Position numbers and translations under genes: made by a program. Of a stretch of DNA of 64,000 nucleotides, positions 37,618-46,082 are shown one piece after another. Location: the sequence record NC_047838.1; one strand, 5' to 3'. Every line of letters begins with the position of its first letter. Position 1 is the first letter of the stretch. The notes beneath the pieces were generated by a model. The model searched no databases. It was not told where the DNA came from and worked only from the letters and a program-made list of their open reading frames with translations.

Positions 37618-38354
37618 ACAGGATTGAAGATTACGCAGCACTAAAGAACAGAATCAACAAGTGGTTGGTTGATTATTTTGATAAAAGCAAGTCGGGGTGC
37701 TTTGTTGTAGGTGTGTCTGGTGGTATTGATTCTGCAGTTGTATCCACGCTGGCTGCTGAGACTGGTAAGCAGGTGTATGCCTTGAACATGCCTATTCATC
37801 AGAAACCAGAGCAAGAAGGACTATCTGCTGCCCATATCGAATGGTTGGAGGAGAAATATCCTAACGTAACTGGTATGAGATTTGATTTGACTGGACTCTT
37901 TGAGTCATTCAAAGATACGATAGGTAAGATTAACGAGACCAATCACTCTCTTGCTAACACCAGATCACGTCTGCGGATGGTGACCCTATATCAAATCGCA
38001 GGAAGATATGGTGGTCTTGTGGTTGGTACAGGAAATAAGGTTGAGGATTACGGTGTAGGATTCTATACTAAATATGGTGACGGTGGAGTTGACATCGCTC
38101 CTATCGCAGACCTTTATAAAACTGAAGTATGGGAACTTGGAAAATTCTTGGGAGTTGACTCAAGGATTATTGAAGCAAAACCAACTGATGGATTATGGGA
38201 TGATGGTAGAAATGATGAAGACCAACTAGGTGCTTCTTACGAAGACCTAGAGTATGCCATGGAGCATGGCACCGGACCTGCTGTTAGAGTCTTGCATGAC
38301 TTTCACGCGCAGAACAAACATAAGATGCAACCAATCCCTACATTCAAACTATGA
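37614..38354 (+). CDS. nadE: NH3-dependent NAD+ synthetase
   Basis: SGGIDS, RLRM, GTGNK.E...GFYTKYGDG, KTEV, PTDGL..DEDQLG; start at ATG 37614. Confidence 0.9.
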   Translation: MNRIEDYAALKNRINKWLVDYFDKSKSGCFVVGVSGGIDSAVVSTLAAETGKQVYALNMPIHQKPEQEGLSAAHIEWLEEKYPNVTGMRFDLTGLFESFKDTIGKINETNHSLANTRSRLRMVTLYQIAGRYGGLVVGTGNKVEDYGVGFYTKYGDGGVDIAPIADLYKTEVWELGKFLGVDSRIIEAKPTDGLWDDGRNDEDQLGASYEDLEYAMEHGTGPAVRVLHDFHAQNKHKMQPIPTFKL

Positions 38355-39130
38355 CGGCAACGATTGAAGATGTAAAAGAGTATTGGAATAGACAACCATG
38401 TAATGTCAAACATTCCAAGAAAGAAGTTGGCACAAGAGAATACTTTGAAGAAGTAGAAAGAAAAAGATACACCGCAGAACCACACATTCCTAGATTTGCT
38501 AACTTTCCTGCATGGAAGGGTAAGAAAGTTCTAGAGATTGGATGTGGTCTTGCGACTGAGGGTATCAACTTTGCTCATGATGGTGCTGATTATACAGCAA
38601 CTGATCTCTCTGCTGAGTCACTTGATCTTGCTAAAAAAAGATTTGAAGTCTATAATAGGGAAGGTAAATTTTATCAAGGGAATGCAGAAGAATTAGATTC
38701 TTTTCTTCCTAGACAAAAATTTGATTTGATTTATTCCTTTGGTGTCATTCACCATAGTCCTAATCCAAGTAAGATCTTTGACCAGATCTATGAATACATG
38801 GATGAGAACAGTGTTTTGAAAATTATGCTGTATGCAAAGGACTCATGGAAAGGTTACATGATTGAGGCAGGGCACGATCAACCAGAAGCACAGTATGGTT
38901 GCCCTATCGCCAACATGTATACTAATGATGAGGTCAAAGAACTGATGCGACATGGATTTGATATCTTGTCAATTGAACAAGATCATATCTTTCCATATCA
39001 AATCGAACCATACAAGCGAGGTGAGTTTGTAAAAGAACCCTGGTTTGAAGCCATGCCCGATGATATATTCAACGCAGTGAAGAAGAAACTTGGTTGGCAT
39101 TTACTTATTACAGCACGGAGATCACGATGA
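38351..39130 (+). CDS. class I SAM-dependent methyltransferase
   Basis: VLEIGCG, YSFGVIHH. Confidence 0.85.
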   Translation: MTATIEDVKEYWNRQPCNVKHSKKEVGTREYFEEVERKRYTAEPHIPRFANFPAWKGKKVLEIGCGLATEGINFAHDGADYTATDLSAESLDLAKKRFEVYNREGKFYQGNAEELDSFLPRQKFDLIYSFGVIHHSPNPSKIFDQIYEYMDENSVLKIMLYAKDSWKGYMIEAGHDQPEAQYGCPIANMYTNDEVKELMRHGFDILSIEQDHIFPYQIEPYKRGEFVKEPWFEAMPDDIFNAVKKKLGWHLLITARRSR

Positions 39131-40365
39131 CTAGAAGACTGTCTACAAAAGTTGCGATGATCGGTGTAGGCAAGTTAGGTCAAGCCTGCGCCGAAGTGAT
39201 GGCAGAAACATATCCTGTAGTTGGATATGATGTTATGCCAAGAGAACCCAGAAACTTCAGGATGGTTGATACTGTCCAGGAAGCAGTAGAGTTTGCAGAT
39301 ATCGTTTTCATCGCTGCTCCTACTCCTCATGACCCTCTGTATGATGGTCGCCAACCAACTGCACACCTACCCAATAAAGACTTTGACTACACAATTGTCA
39401 AAGAGATTATTGGTAATGTGAATCAGTATGCAGACAAGTCTAAACTTGTGGTGCTGATTTCTACAGTTCTTCCTGGCACTACACGTCGTGAACTGGAACC
39501 TCTGATCACTAATGCACGTTTTGTGTATAATCCTTACCTGATTGCCATGGGCACCGTGGGTTGGGACTTCTCTAATCCAGAGATGGTGATGATTGGAACT
39601 GAAGATGGATCAGAGACTGGTGATGCCAGAGAACTGATTAACTTCTATCGTCCTATGATGATCAACGATCCACGCTATGTGGTCGGCACCTGGGATGAGT
39701 GTGAATGTATTAAGATCTTCTACAATACCTTTATCTCTGCCAAACTCAGTCTGGTCAATATGATCCAGGACGTTGCAGAGAAGCAAGGTAATATCAACGT
39801 TGATGTGGTCACAGATGCTCTGAAGAACTCTAATCAGCGTATCATGGGTCCTCGCTACATGAAGGCAGGCATGGGTGATGGAGGTGCCTGTCACCCTAGA
39901 GATAACATCGCCCTGCGTTGGATGTCTGATAACCTTGAACTGGGTTATGACATCTTTGATGCGATCATGGAGGCAAGAGAGATTCAAGCAAAGAACCTTG
40001 CAAAGAAACTCCTTGAACCTGGTCTACCTGTAGTCATCATCGGTAAGGCATATAAACCACACGTTCACTATGTGGATGGTTCATATAGTATTCTGGTTGG
40101 ACACTATGTTGAAGAACTTGGTGGCACCGTGTATTATGATGATGACTACACAGGTGACAAACCTCCTGCAGATCTGGGTGCTGCATCCTATCTGCTAGGA
40201 CATGATCCAGAGTCTGCTTTCCTTGGTTGTCTTGATCCTGACCCTGACAAGGAAGAGTCTTCTATCTTCCCTGCGGGATCTGTGGTTATTGACCCCTGGA
40301 GAAAGTGCCCTGACATTCCAGGATGCACCGTAGTTCACTATGGCAATACTCGATTGAAGAAATGA
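39127..40365 (+). CDS. ugd: UDP-glucose/GDP-mannose 6-dehydrogenase family
   Basis: GVGKLG, PTP, STVLPGT, KIFYN, GGACHPRD; start at ATG 39127. Confidence 0.88.
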   Translation: MTRRLSTKVAMIGVGKLGQACAEVMAETYPVVGYDVMPREPRNFRMVDTVQEAVEFADIVFIAAPTPHDPLYDGRQPTAHLPNKDFDYTIVKEIIGNVNQYADKSKLVVLISTVLPGTTRRELEPLITNARFVYNPYLIAMGTVGWDFSNPEMVMIGTEDGSETGDARELINFYRPMMINDPRYVVGTWDECECIKIFYNTFISAKLSLVNMIQDVAEKQGNINVDVVTDALKNSNQRIMGPRYMKAGMGDGGACHPRDNIALRWMSDNLELGYDIFDAIMEAREIQAKNLAKKLLEPGLPVVIIGKAYKPHVHYVDGSYSILVGHYVEELGGTVYYDDDYTGDKPPADLGAASYLLGHDPESAFLGCLDPDPDKEESSIFPAGSVVIDPWRKCPDIPGCTVVHYGNTRLKK

Positions 40366-41198
40366 CCGAACTTGATAGGAACAAATCTGCATACAAGTTG
40401 CAGAACTTTGGTCCCGTATACTGCATCAACCTGGATGATCAGGAAGATCGATGGGAGTATATGGAGAATCAATTTAAATATTGGGAGGTCACAGATTATC
40501 ATCGCATCTCTGCTTATGATGGTAGAGACGATGACCTGAGTGATATTCTGACAGGTAGATATCCTACTAATATGTTGACGGGTGAGATTGGTTGCACAAC
40601 CTCTCACCTTCGTGCCATGAAGCACTTTCTTGAAACATCTGATTCGCCTTATGCAATCATGATGGAGGACGATTGTGATCTGGATATTGTTAGGTTCTGG
40701 AACTTTACCTGGGATGACCTGTATGCACAGTTTCCATATGACTGGGATGTGGTTCAACTTGCGATCATCTGCACGGGAGATCTGCATGTCAAACTACACA
40801 AGAGATTTGTAAATGATTTCTCTACTGCTTGCTATGTCATCAGCAGGTATCATGCCGAGAAACTTGTGCGTCTCCACTGCCGTGGTGAGAAATATAAACT
40901 GGATCAAGGCGTCAAACCCAGACCAGTTGCTGATGATCTGATTTATAATTCAGGTAATACGTTTGCTATCCCTCTCTTGATGTATAAGATTGAGCTAGGA
41001 TCTAGCATTCATGAGGATCATATTGATGCTTTCCATAGGGGTAATCATGAGGCACTATGGAACTACTGGTCTCAACATGGAGCAAATGTTGACATCGCAG
41101 ACTACATGAACTATGATCCTTACCTCGGTCGAATCACCGAGAACTCTGCTGCTCAACGAGCAAAAGAGGCACAAGAGGCGGAAAACCCATCCGCTTGA
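40362..41198 (+). CDS. GT25 family glycosyltransferase
   Basis: YCINLD, RISAYDG, GEIGCTTSH, MEDD; start at ATG 40362. Confidence 0.85.
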   Translation: MTELDRNKSAYKLQNFGPVYCINLDDQEDRWEYMENQFKYWEVTDYHRISAYDGRDDDLSDILTGRYPTNMLTGEIGCTTSHLRAMKHFLETSDSPYAIMMEDDCDLDIVRFWNFTWDDLYAQFPYDWDVVQLAIICTGDLHVKLHKRFVNDFSTACYVISRYHAEKLVRLHCRGEKYKLDQGVKPRPVADDLIYNSGNTFAIPLLMYKIELGSSIHEDHIDAFHRGNHEALWNYWSQHGANVDIADYMNYDPYLGRITENSAAQRAKEAQEAENPSA

Positions 41199-41228
41199 CA
41201 GAAAGTTAAGAAACTGTTAGTATAAATA
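41195..41228 (+). promoter_or_regulatory. overlapping early and late promoter
   Basis: TTGACA-17-TAGTAT with TATAAATA at 41221-41228. Confidence 0.75.
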
Positions 41229-41330
41229 CTTAACCTTTTGTCTTAATATAACAAAAGGTAACGGGGAGTTGTCGATTCCCCTTTCATCTGCGGGTAACCA
41301 TTCCGCAAGTAAACAACGAGGTAAAAACAA

Positions 41331-41696
41331 ATGATCAAATCTGTATTCGCGGCTACTGCTGCTCTGTCCATGTCCGCAGGCGCTGCCCTTGCAGGTCCCT
41401 ACGTCAACGTAGAAGCAAATGCTGGTTGGGTTGGAGATGACTACACTTCAACGACCACAGATATCCACGTAGGCTACGAGGGAGAAGTTGGTGCTGCTTC
41501 ATACTACGTCCAGGCTGGCCCTGCGATCGTGGCTGTTGACGGCGTTGACACCGAAACTCAGTTCTCTGGTAAAGCAGGTCTGGGTATCCCCGTTTCGGAT
41601 GCACTTAGTGCATATGGCGAGGTTTCCTTCCTGACTGCTGATGACGACGATGACTTCGGCGTTGGTGGTAAACTGGGTGTCAAGTACAACTTCTGA
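41331..41696 (+). CDS. small outer-membrane beta-barrel-like protein 1
   Basis: Signal peptide ending ALA-GPY, amphipathic strands, C-terminal GVKYNF. Confidence 0.7.
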   Translation: MIKSVFAATAALSMSAGAALAGPYVNVEANAGWVGDDYTSTTTDIHVGYEGEVGAASYYVQAGPAIVAVDGVDTETQFSGKAGLGIPVSDALSAYGEVSFLTADDDDDFGVGGKLGVKYNF

Positions 41697-41730
41697 GTTG
41701 TAGAGTAGACATATAAACATCTAGATGTAC

Positions 41731-41760
41731 GGGGTTCCTGACGAGGGACCCCATTTTTTT
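41731..41760 (+). terminator. intrinsic terminator
   Basis: GGGGTTCCT-GACG-AGGGACCCC followed by T7. Confidence 0.85.
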
Positions 41761-41892
41761 ATGCTTGGTTTTAGAGAGAGTAAAATTTGGGTTAAACTGT
41801 GCAATATAGTAAGGTTTACCTTTTCTTAAATACAGGATTCATTTATCCTGTTAAAATGTATGGGTAAACTTAAGCAATTTACGCACAAAGAA

Positions 41893-42261
41893 ATGAAAGC
41901 ATTCGCAGTTGCCCTGCTCGGATTGGCGGTTACCGCCCCAGCAATGGCAGGTCCATATGTATCCACCAAGTCCGAGTTCAAGGGCGATGAAGATGGATAT
42001 AGTAAAACAGTTCACCAATCGCGTATTGGTTACGGAACCAAACTTAGTAATGGCATCAAACCCTATGTTGAAGTCGGTGCAGGTCTCTCTGCTGCCGATG
42101 GTGTAGAGGTCTTTGACGGTGATCGTTTCACCGTTGCAGAAGTCGGAGCATCAATCCCCATTACTGAATCTTTCTCTGCAAAGGCAAAGTTCGAGCACAA
42201 GTGGGGCGAAGACGATGCCCGTGATTGGAAGTTTGAAGTCGGTACGAAGTATAAGTTCTGA
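41893..42261 (+). CDS. small outer-membrane beta-barrel-like protein 2
   Basis: Signal peptide ending AMA-GPY, C-terminal GTKYKF; start at ATG 41893. Confidence 0.7.
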   Translation: MKAFAVALLGLAVTAPAMAGPYVSTKSEFKGDEDGYSKTVHQSRIGYGTKLSNGIKPYVEVGAGLSAADGVEVFDGDRFTVAEVGASIPITESFSAKAKFEHKWGEDDARDWKFEVGTKYKF

Positions 42262-42272
42262 GGAATTGAAAA

Positions 42273-43268
42273 ATGAAACGTTCACTTCTCCTTGCGGCAG
42301 GTTTAACTGCTGCTATCAGTATTCCCGCAGTTGCACAGGCTTTCTGGTGGGGTGGGGACAAGAAGGCAGACGCCCCTGTTGCCTTCAAACTCAACGGGGC
42401 AGGTGCGACCTTCCCTGCTCCTTTGTATAACTCCTGGTTCCAATCTTTTGCTAAAGAAACTGGAAATAAAGTGAACTACCAAGCAGTTGGTAGTGGTGCT
42501 GGAGTACGTCAGTATAATGCTAAGACTGTTGACTTTGGTGCCTCTGATGGTGCTGTGTCAGATGCTAAGCAGAAACTGCCGATGATTCACGTCCCTATGA
42601 CTGGTGGTGCTATTGTTCCTGCTTACAACTATCCTGGTTGTGATGCCAAGATGACTCAGACTCAACTCGCTGATGTCTTCCTTGGCAAGATTACCAACTG
42701 GTCTGAGTTTGGTTGTGCCGACAAGAACATCTTGACTGTTCATCGTTCTGATGGTTCTGGCACTACTAAAGGTTTCACCAATTCTCTGTCTGCGTTTTCT
42801 CCTGAGTGGAAAAAGACCATAGGAACTGGTAAGTCAGTTCAGTGGCCTGTTGGTGTTGGCGGCAAAGGTAACTCCGGTGTTGCTGGTACTATCAAGAACC
42901 AGATCGGCGCTATCGGTTATCTGAACTATGGTTATGTGAACGGTGGTAAGTTCCAACAGGTTGCTCTGCAAAACAAGGCAGGTAACTTTGTGAAAGCAAA
43001 CAGCGAAACCTCCGCTGCTGGACTTGCCAAGATCGTCCTAGACGATAAACTTCGTGGGGCAGATCCAAATCCTGCAGGTGCGAATGCTTACCCAATCGTA
43101 TCTCTGACTTGGATCCTTGCCTATCCTGAATCCAAAACTGGAGTAAAGGAAACTCTTCGTTATATGTTGAGTGAAAAAGCACAATCGGTTTCAGATTCTC
43201 TGGGATATGTACCTCTTCCAGAGTCTCTTCGACAGAAATCTCTTGCTGCTGTAGACTCAATTAATTGA
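42273..43268 (+). CDS. pstS: phosphate ABC transporter substrate-binding protein
   Basis: GAGATFP, GSGAG, DFGASD, RSDGSGTT, YPI motifs; signal peptide. Confidence 0.96.
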   Translation: MKRSLLLAAGLTAAISIPAVAQAFWWGGDKKADAPVAFKLNGAGATFPAPLYNSWFQSFAKETGNKVNYQAVGSGAGVRQYNAKTVDFGASDGAVSDAKQKLPMIHVPMTGGAIVPAYNYPGCDAKMTQTQLADVFLGKITNWSEFGCADKNILTVHRSDGSGTTKGFTNSLSAFSPEWKKTIGTGKSVQWPVGVGGKGNSGVAGTIKNQIGAIGYLNYGYVNGGKFQQVALQNKAGNFVKANSETSAAGLAKIVLDDKLRGADPNPAGANAYPIVSLTWILAYPESKTGVKETLRYMLSEKAQSVSDSLGYVPLPESLRQKSLAAVDSIN

Positions 43269-43289
43269 TATAAGTATAAATCACTACAG

Positions 43290-43316
43290 AGGAACCCTTG
43301 ACAGGGTTCCTTTTTT
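43290..43316 (+). terminator. intrinsic terminator whose loop holds the -35 of the hli promoter
   Basis: AGGAACCCT-TGAC-AGGGTTCCT followed by a T run. Confidence 0.8.
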
Positions 43317-43326
43317 ACTATATAAT
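43298..43326 (+). promoter_or_regulatory. sigma70-type early promoter for the hli cluster
   Basis: TTGACA-17-TATAAT. Confidence 0.85.
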
Positions 43327-43352
43327 ATGTAAAGATTTGCAACATAAAGTAA

Positions 43353-43556
43353 ATGACTGTAACGACGAACGAATTTGGTCAACAGAATCTGTTCGCCAAA
43401 GAACCCCAGATGGTAGTAGAATCTTACAACCGTAAGGGGCTTGAATCGCCACAACAATACGCAGAGACCTATAATGGTCGTTGGGCTATGATGGGAATCG
43501 TCTCTGGTTTCATCTCATATGCCTTCACCGGTAACTTCTTCTTCGGCATCTTCTGA
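43353..43556 (+). CDS. hli: high-light inducible protein
   Basis: AETYNGRWAMMG chlorophyll-binding motif. Confidence 0.9.
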   Translation: MTVTTNEFGQQNLFAKEPQMVVESYNRKGLESPQQYAETYNGRWAMMGIVSGFISYAFTGNFFFGIF

Positions 43557-43642
43557 TGACGGAGACTGTATTTACGGTTACTTCAATTGCCTTCCTAGTT
43601 CTGCTAGGATATTCTGTACAACAACTTGCTGAAACTTATTGA
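43556..43642 (+). CDS. 28-aa single-TM peptide (not in ORF track)
   Basis: MTETVFTVTSIAFLVLLGYSVQQLAETY; TGATG-coupled on both sides. Confidence 0.55.
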   Translation: MTETVFTVTSIAFLVLLGYSVQQLAETY

Positions 43643-43866
43643 TGGAAAACTCCCTTCTTGAAATTCTTACTTATTATGTGATTGGAGGTGCCCTTTTGAT
43701 TGGTGCCCCAGGAGTATTCTTCTTTGTTGTATTCATGTCTGCCCTTCAAAATACCAAGGGTCGCATGGTTGGTTACAAAGACCACAAAACATATGGTGAT
43801 TCTTCTATCTACGAGAACACACCTTCCGACAATAGTAAATTTTACCTTACACTAGAAAATGTTTAA
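43642..43866 (+). CDS. small membrane protein
   Basis: Long hydrophobic N-terminal half. Confidence 0.65.
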   Translation: MENSLLEILTYYVIGGALLIGAPGVFFFVVFMSALQNTKGRMVGYKDHKTYGDSSIYENTPSDNSKFYLTLENV

Positions 43867-43969
43867 CGAAAAAGCAGAAAAACTGAATGGACGCGCAGCG
43901 ATGGTCGGTTTCGTCGCCGCTGTTGGATCCTATCTCGCAACAGGTCAAGTCATCCCAGGTTTGTGGTGA
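43859..43969 (+). CDS. hli: high-light inducible protein, 36 aa (not in ORF track)
   Basis: MFNEKAEKLNGRAAMVGF...TGQVIPGLW. Confidence 0.92.
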   Translation: MFNEKAEKLNGRAAMVGFVAAVGSYLATGQVIPGLW

Positions 43970-44106
43970 GCGACATGTTACTCATAGCAACTTCCATGAT
44001 AGGAGGGTTTATCTTTGCTGCCCTATTGACTGATGGAAATGTTGATGATGATGACAACGGTCCAGACGGTGGTCTTATGACCCCTGCATACGTCCCAAAC
44101 TCTTGA
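43966..44106 (+). CDS. 46-aa TM peptide with acidic tail (not in ORF track)
   Basis: GTGA overlap; DDDDNGPDGGLMTP. Confidence 0.55.
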   Translation: MSDMLLIATSMIGGFIFAALLTDGNVDDDDNGPDGGLMTPAYVPNS

Positions 44107-44131
44107 CAAGAAAAATTTAATATTCTATAAT
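44103..44131 (+). promoter_or_regulatory. sigma70-type early promoter
   Basis: TTGACA-17-TATAAT. Confidence 0.85.
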
Positions 44132-44134
44132 ACG

Positions 44135-44157
44135 GGAGCAAACATGCTCCTTTTTTT
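44135..44157 (+). terminator. intrinsic terminator of the hli cluster
   Basis: GGAGCA-AACA-TGCTCC followed by T7. Confidence 0.75.
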
Positions 44158-44553
44158 ATGCTCGCTACAATTCTTGCACTAACGGCAATCGATTATGATC
44201 ACCTAGCAAGGACCATTCAAGTTGAAGCAGCGAAGGGAACGATGGATGAGTATTGCGTGGCAGTATCGGTCTTGAATCGTGTTCGCTCACCACGTTTTCC
44301 TAACACGGTCGCTAGTGTTGTGTATTCTCCTGGACAATATGAGGGTTTCAGCAAATGGCGACCGGTTGCTAATCCTGACCTTGTAAATAGACTTAAGTCC
44401 GTAGAGGGTCGCAAGAACCTTCTAAAGGCATACAGCATCATCGGGGATCGAACTGACTTCAAAGGTCAGAGTCAACTCAAATACAGGGTTGCATCTGAAG
44501 ACCCGATGTGTCATACTAAAGGAAACTTCTATCACCACTTCTGGCAGACATGA
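44158..44553 (+). CDS. SleB/Hydrolase_2 cell wall hydrolase
   Basis: IQVEA, VLNRVRSPRFPNTVASVVYSPGQYEGF. Confidence 0.85.
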   Translation: MLATILALTAIDYDHLARTIQVEAAKGTMDEYCVAVSVLNRVRSPRFPNTVASVVYSPGQYEGFSKWRPVANPDLVNRLKSVEGRKNLLKAYSIIGDRTDFKGQSQLKYRVASEDPMCHTKGNFYHHFWQT

Positions 44554-44945
44554 TTACCACTCTCACAGACGCTCTCAGAGGCATTCTAGGTCTCAATAAA
44601 CCTATTGATGAAGAGAAAGTTGAATGTGCTATTGATGAGGATGTCGTAGAGTGTTCTGAAATGGATGCTCCTTCATATACAGGTATTCCAGCACCTGTAT
44701 ATCTAAAAGATGATGAGTGGTTTGGTCCTGCTTCTGAATACACAGAGAAGCAAAAAGATTATATGGTACAGGAAACTGAAATCAAACGCCAAGAGTTTGA
44801 AAAAAGTTTTTCTGTAGAACCTGAAGATATTCATCAGGTAATGTACGAGATGGCAACCAATAGTGGTGCTACTACGGTTCAACTTGATCCTATTGGTGGA
44901 TCAGAAAACTTCCAAGGAGGATCTGAGAACTTCCATGAACGATGA
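44550..44945 (+). CDS. acidic hypothetical protein
   Basis: ATGA-coupled ORF. Confidence 0.65.
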   Translation: MITTLTDALRGILGLNKPIDEEKVECAIDEDVVECSEMDAPSYTGIPAPVYLKDDEWFGPASEYTEKQKDYMVQETEIKRQEFEKSFSVEPEDIHQVMYEMATNSGATTVQLDPIGGSENFQGGSENFHER

Positions 44946-45156
44946 TTGGCGATATAGTGACGATAAATTAAAACTTCGTCAGCAAGCACTTACCATTCTT
45001 CTTGCAAAGTATGGAAGTGAACTTGACAGCACTAGAAAATCAAAGTATACTAGTCAATCTATATACGAATGTGCCCATGACTGGGTATCTCAAGGTAATG
45101 TAAATTGTAATGGCATTACCGCATACTACGAGGCTTACTATGCAAAAGGTAATTAA
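44935..45156 (+). CDS. hypothetical protein
   Basis: MNDDWRYSDD...YECAHDWVSQG; start at 44935. Confidence 0.65.
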   Translation: MNDDWRYSDDKLKLRQQALTILLAKYGSELDSTRKSKYTSQSIYECAHDWVSQGNVNCNGITAYYEAYYAKGN

Positions 45157-45382
45157 TGTTTTAGCAGTTCTATCGTTCTTAGGAACTGCTGGTATCATCG
45201 GTGGAGGAACAGTTGTTTATCTCCGTCGTGATGCTATCGCTGAAAGTGTCAAAGAGCGTGTTGCTAAAGCGGCAACAGAGGCGATTGCAGGAGCACTTCC
45301 TGGTATGCTAGACGCTGCTATGCCCGAACTTCCTGCTGCTACTGGCGGCGCTATCCCTTCTACAACTGGTCTTCCTTTCTGA
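45140..45382 (+). CDS. membrane-anchored hypothetical protein
   Basis: N-terminal TM segment; start at 45140. Confidence 0.65.
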   Translation: MQKVINVLAVLSFLGTAGIIGGGTVVYLRRDAIAESVKERVAKAATEAIAGALPGMLDAAMPELPAATGGAIPSTTGLPF

Positions 45383-45383
45383 T

Positions 45384-46061
45384 ATGAAAAAACTTATGAT
45401 GGCACTGGCAGCAGCACTTATGACTGCTCCAGTTATGGCAGACCCAATCACAGAAGATGAGTTCTTCACCCCTCATGCTCAGGGGTGCATGTTGCTCCAA
45501 GAATGCACCGATCATGTTCAAGAACTTAAAACAGTTTCTGACCTCAACAAGCATGAGGAACTGGCTGATATTGATTACGGTATTGTTGCTGATGAGTTTA
45601 ACTCTCTCGTCCGATCACTTAATAAGGTCGGAGCTAAGGTTTTTCTAGCAGATATGCGATACTTCCCGGTTGGTCATCGTGGAGTATATCATACTGTAGG
45701 TAACAACTTCTTTCTGAATGTGGCACATATGCATCGTCCTGGCACTATGATGTCAGTTATGCGTCATGAAGGATGGCACGCTGCTCAGGATTGCATGGCA
45801 GGAACAATCGAGAACAACTTTATCGCTATCATTCATGATCAAGAGGATGTACCTCGCATGTATCAGGCAATCGCAAAGAGTGCTTATCAGTCTCAACCAA
45901 AGGCAATTCCTTGGGAGAAAGAAGCATACTGGGCAGGTCATACTGAGGGCATGACTGCGGCAGCACTTGAGTCCTGTGCTGCAGGAACCATGTGGACTGA
46001 TTTTGATCCCACACCCATGACTCGTGAATGGTTGGTTGAAAACGGATTCCTTTCTAAATAG
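45384..46061 (+). CDS. secreted HExxH zinc metallopeptidase-like protein
   Basis: Signal peptide; RHEGWHAAQDC and downstream WEKEA. Confidence 0.65.
   Translation: MKKLMMALAAALMTAPVMADPITEDEFFTPHAQGCMLLQECTDHVQELKTVSDLNKHEELADIDYGIVADEFNSLVRSLNKVGAKVFLADMRYFPVGHRGVYHTVGNNFFLNVAHMHRPGTMMSVMRHEGWHAAQDCMAGTIENNFIAIIHDQEDVPRMYQAIAKSAYQSQPKAIPWEKEAYWAGHTEGMTAAALESCAAGTMWTDFDPTPMTREWLVENGFLSK
46054..46060 (+). promoter_or_regulatory. late promoter candidate CTAAATA
   Basis: 22 nt before the ATG at 46083. Confidence 0.55.
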
Positions 46062-46082
46062 AGTTGCCTTTGCTGGTGACTC

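Noticed and set aside
38351-38830. AT-rich 5' half of the methyltransferase as a mobile element
   Set aside because: No flanking repeats or mobility genes; composition judged by eye only, at most a recombination patch
41201-41220. Reverse-strand pho-box-like repeat in the OMP1 promoter spacer
   Set aside because: Only one good half-site; too weak without a PWM scan
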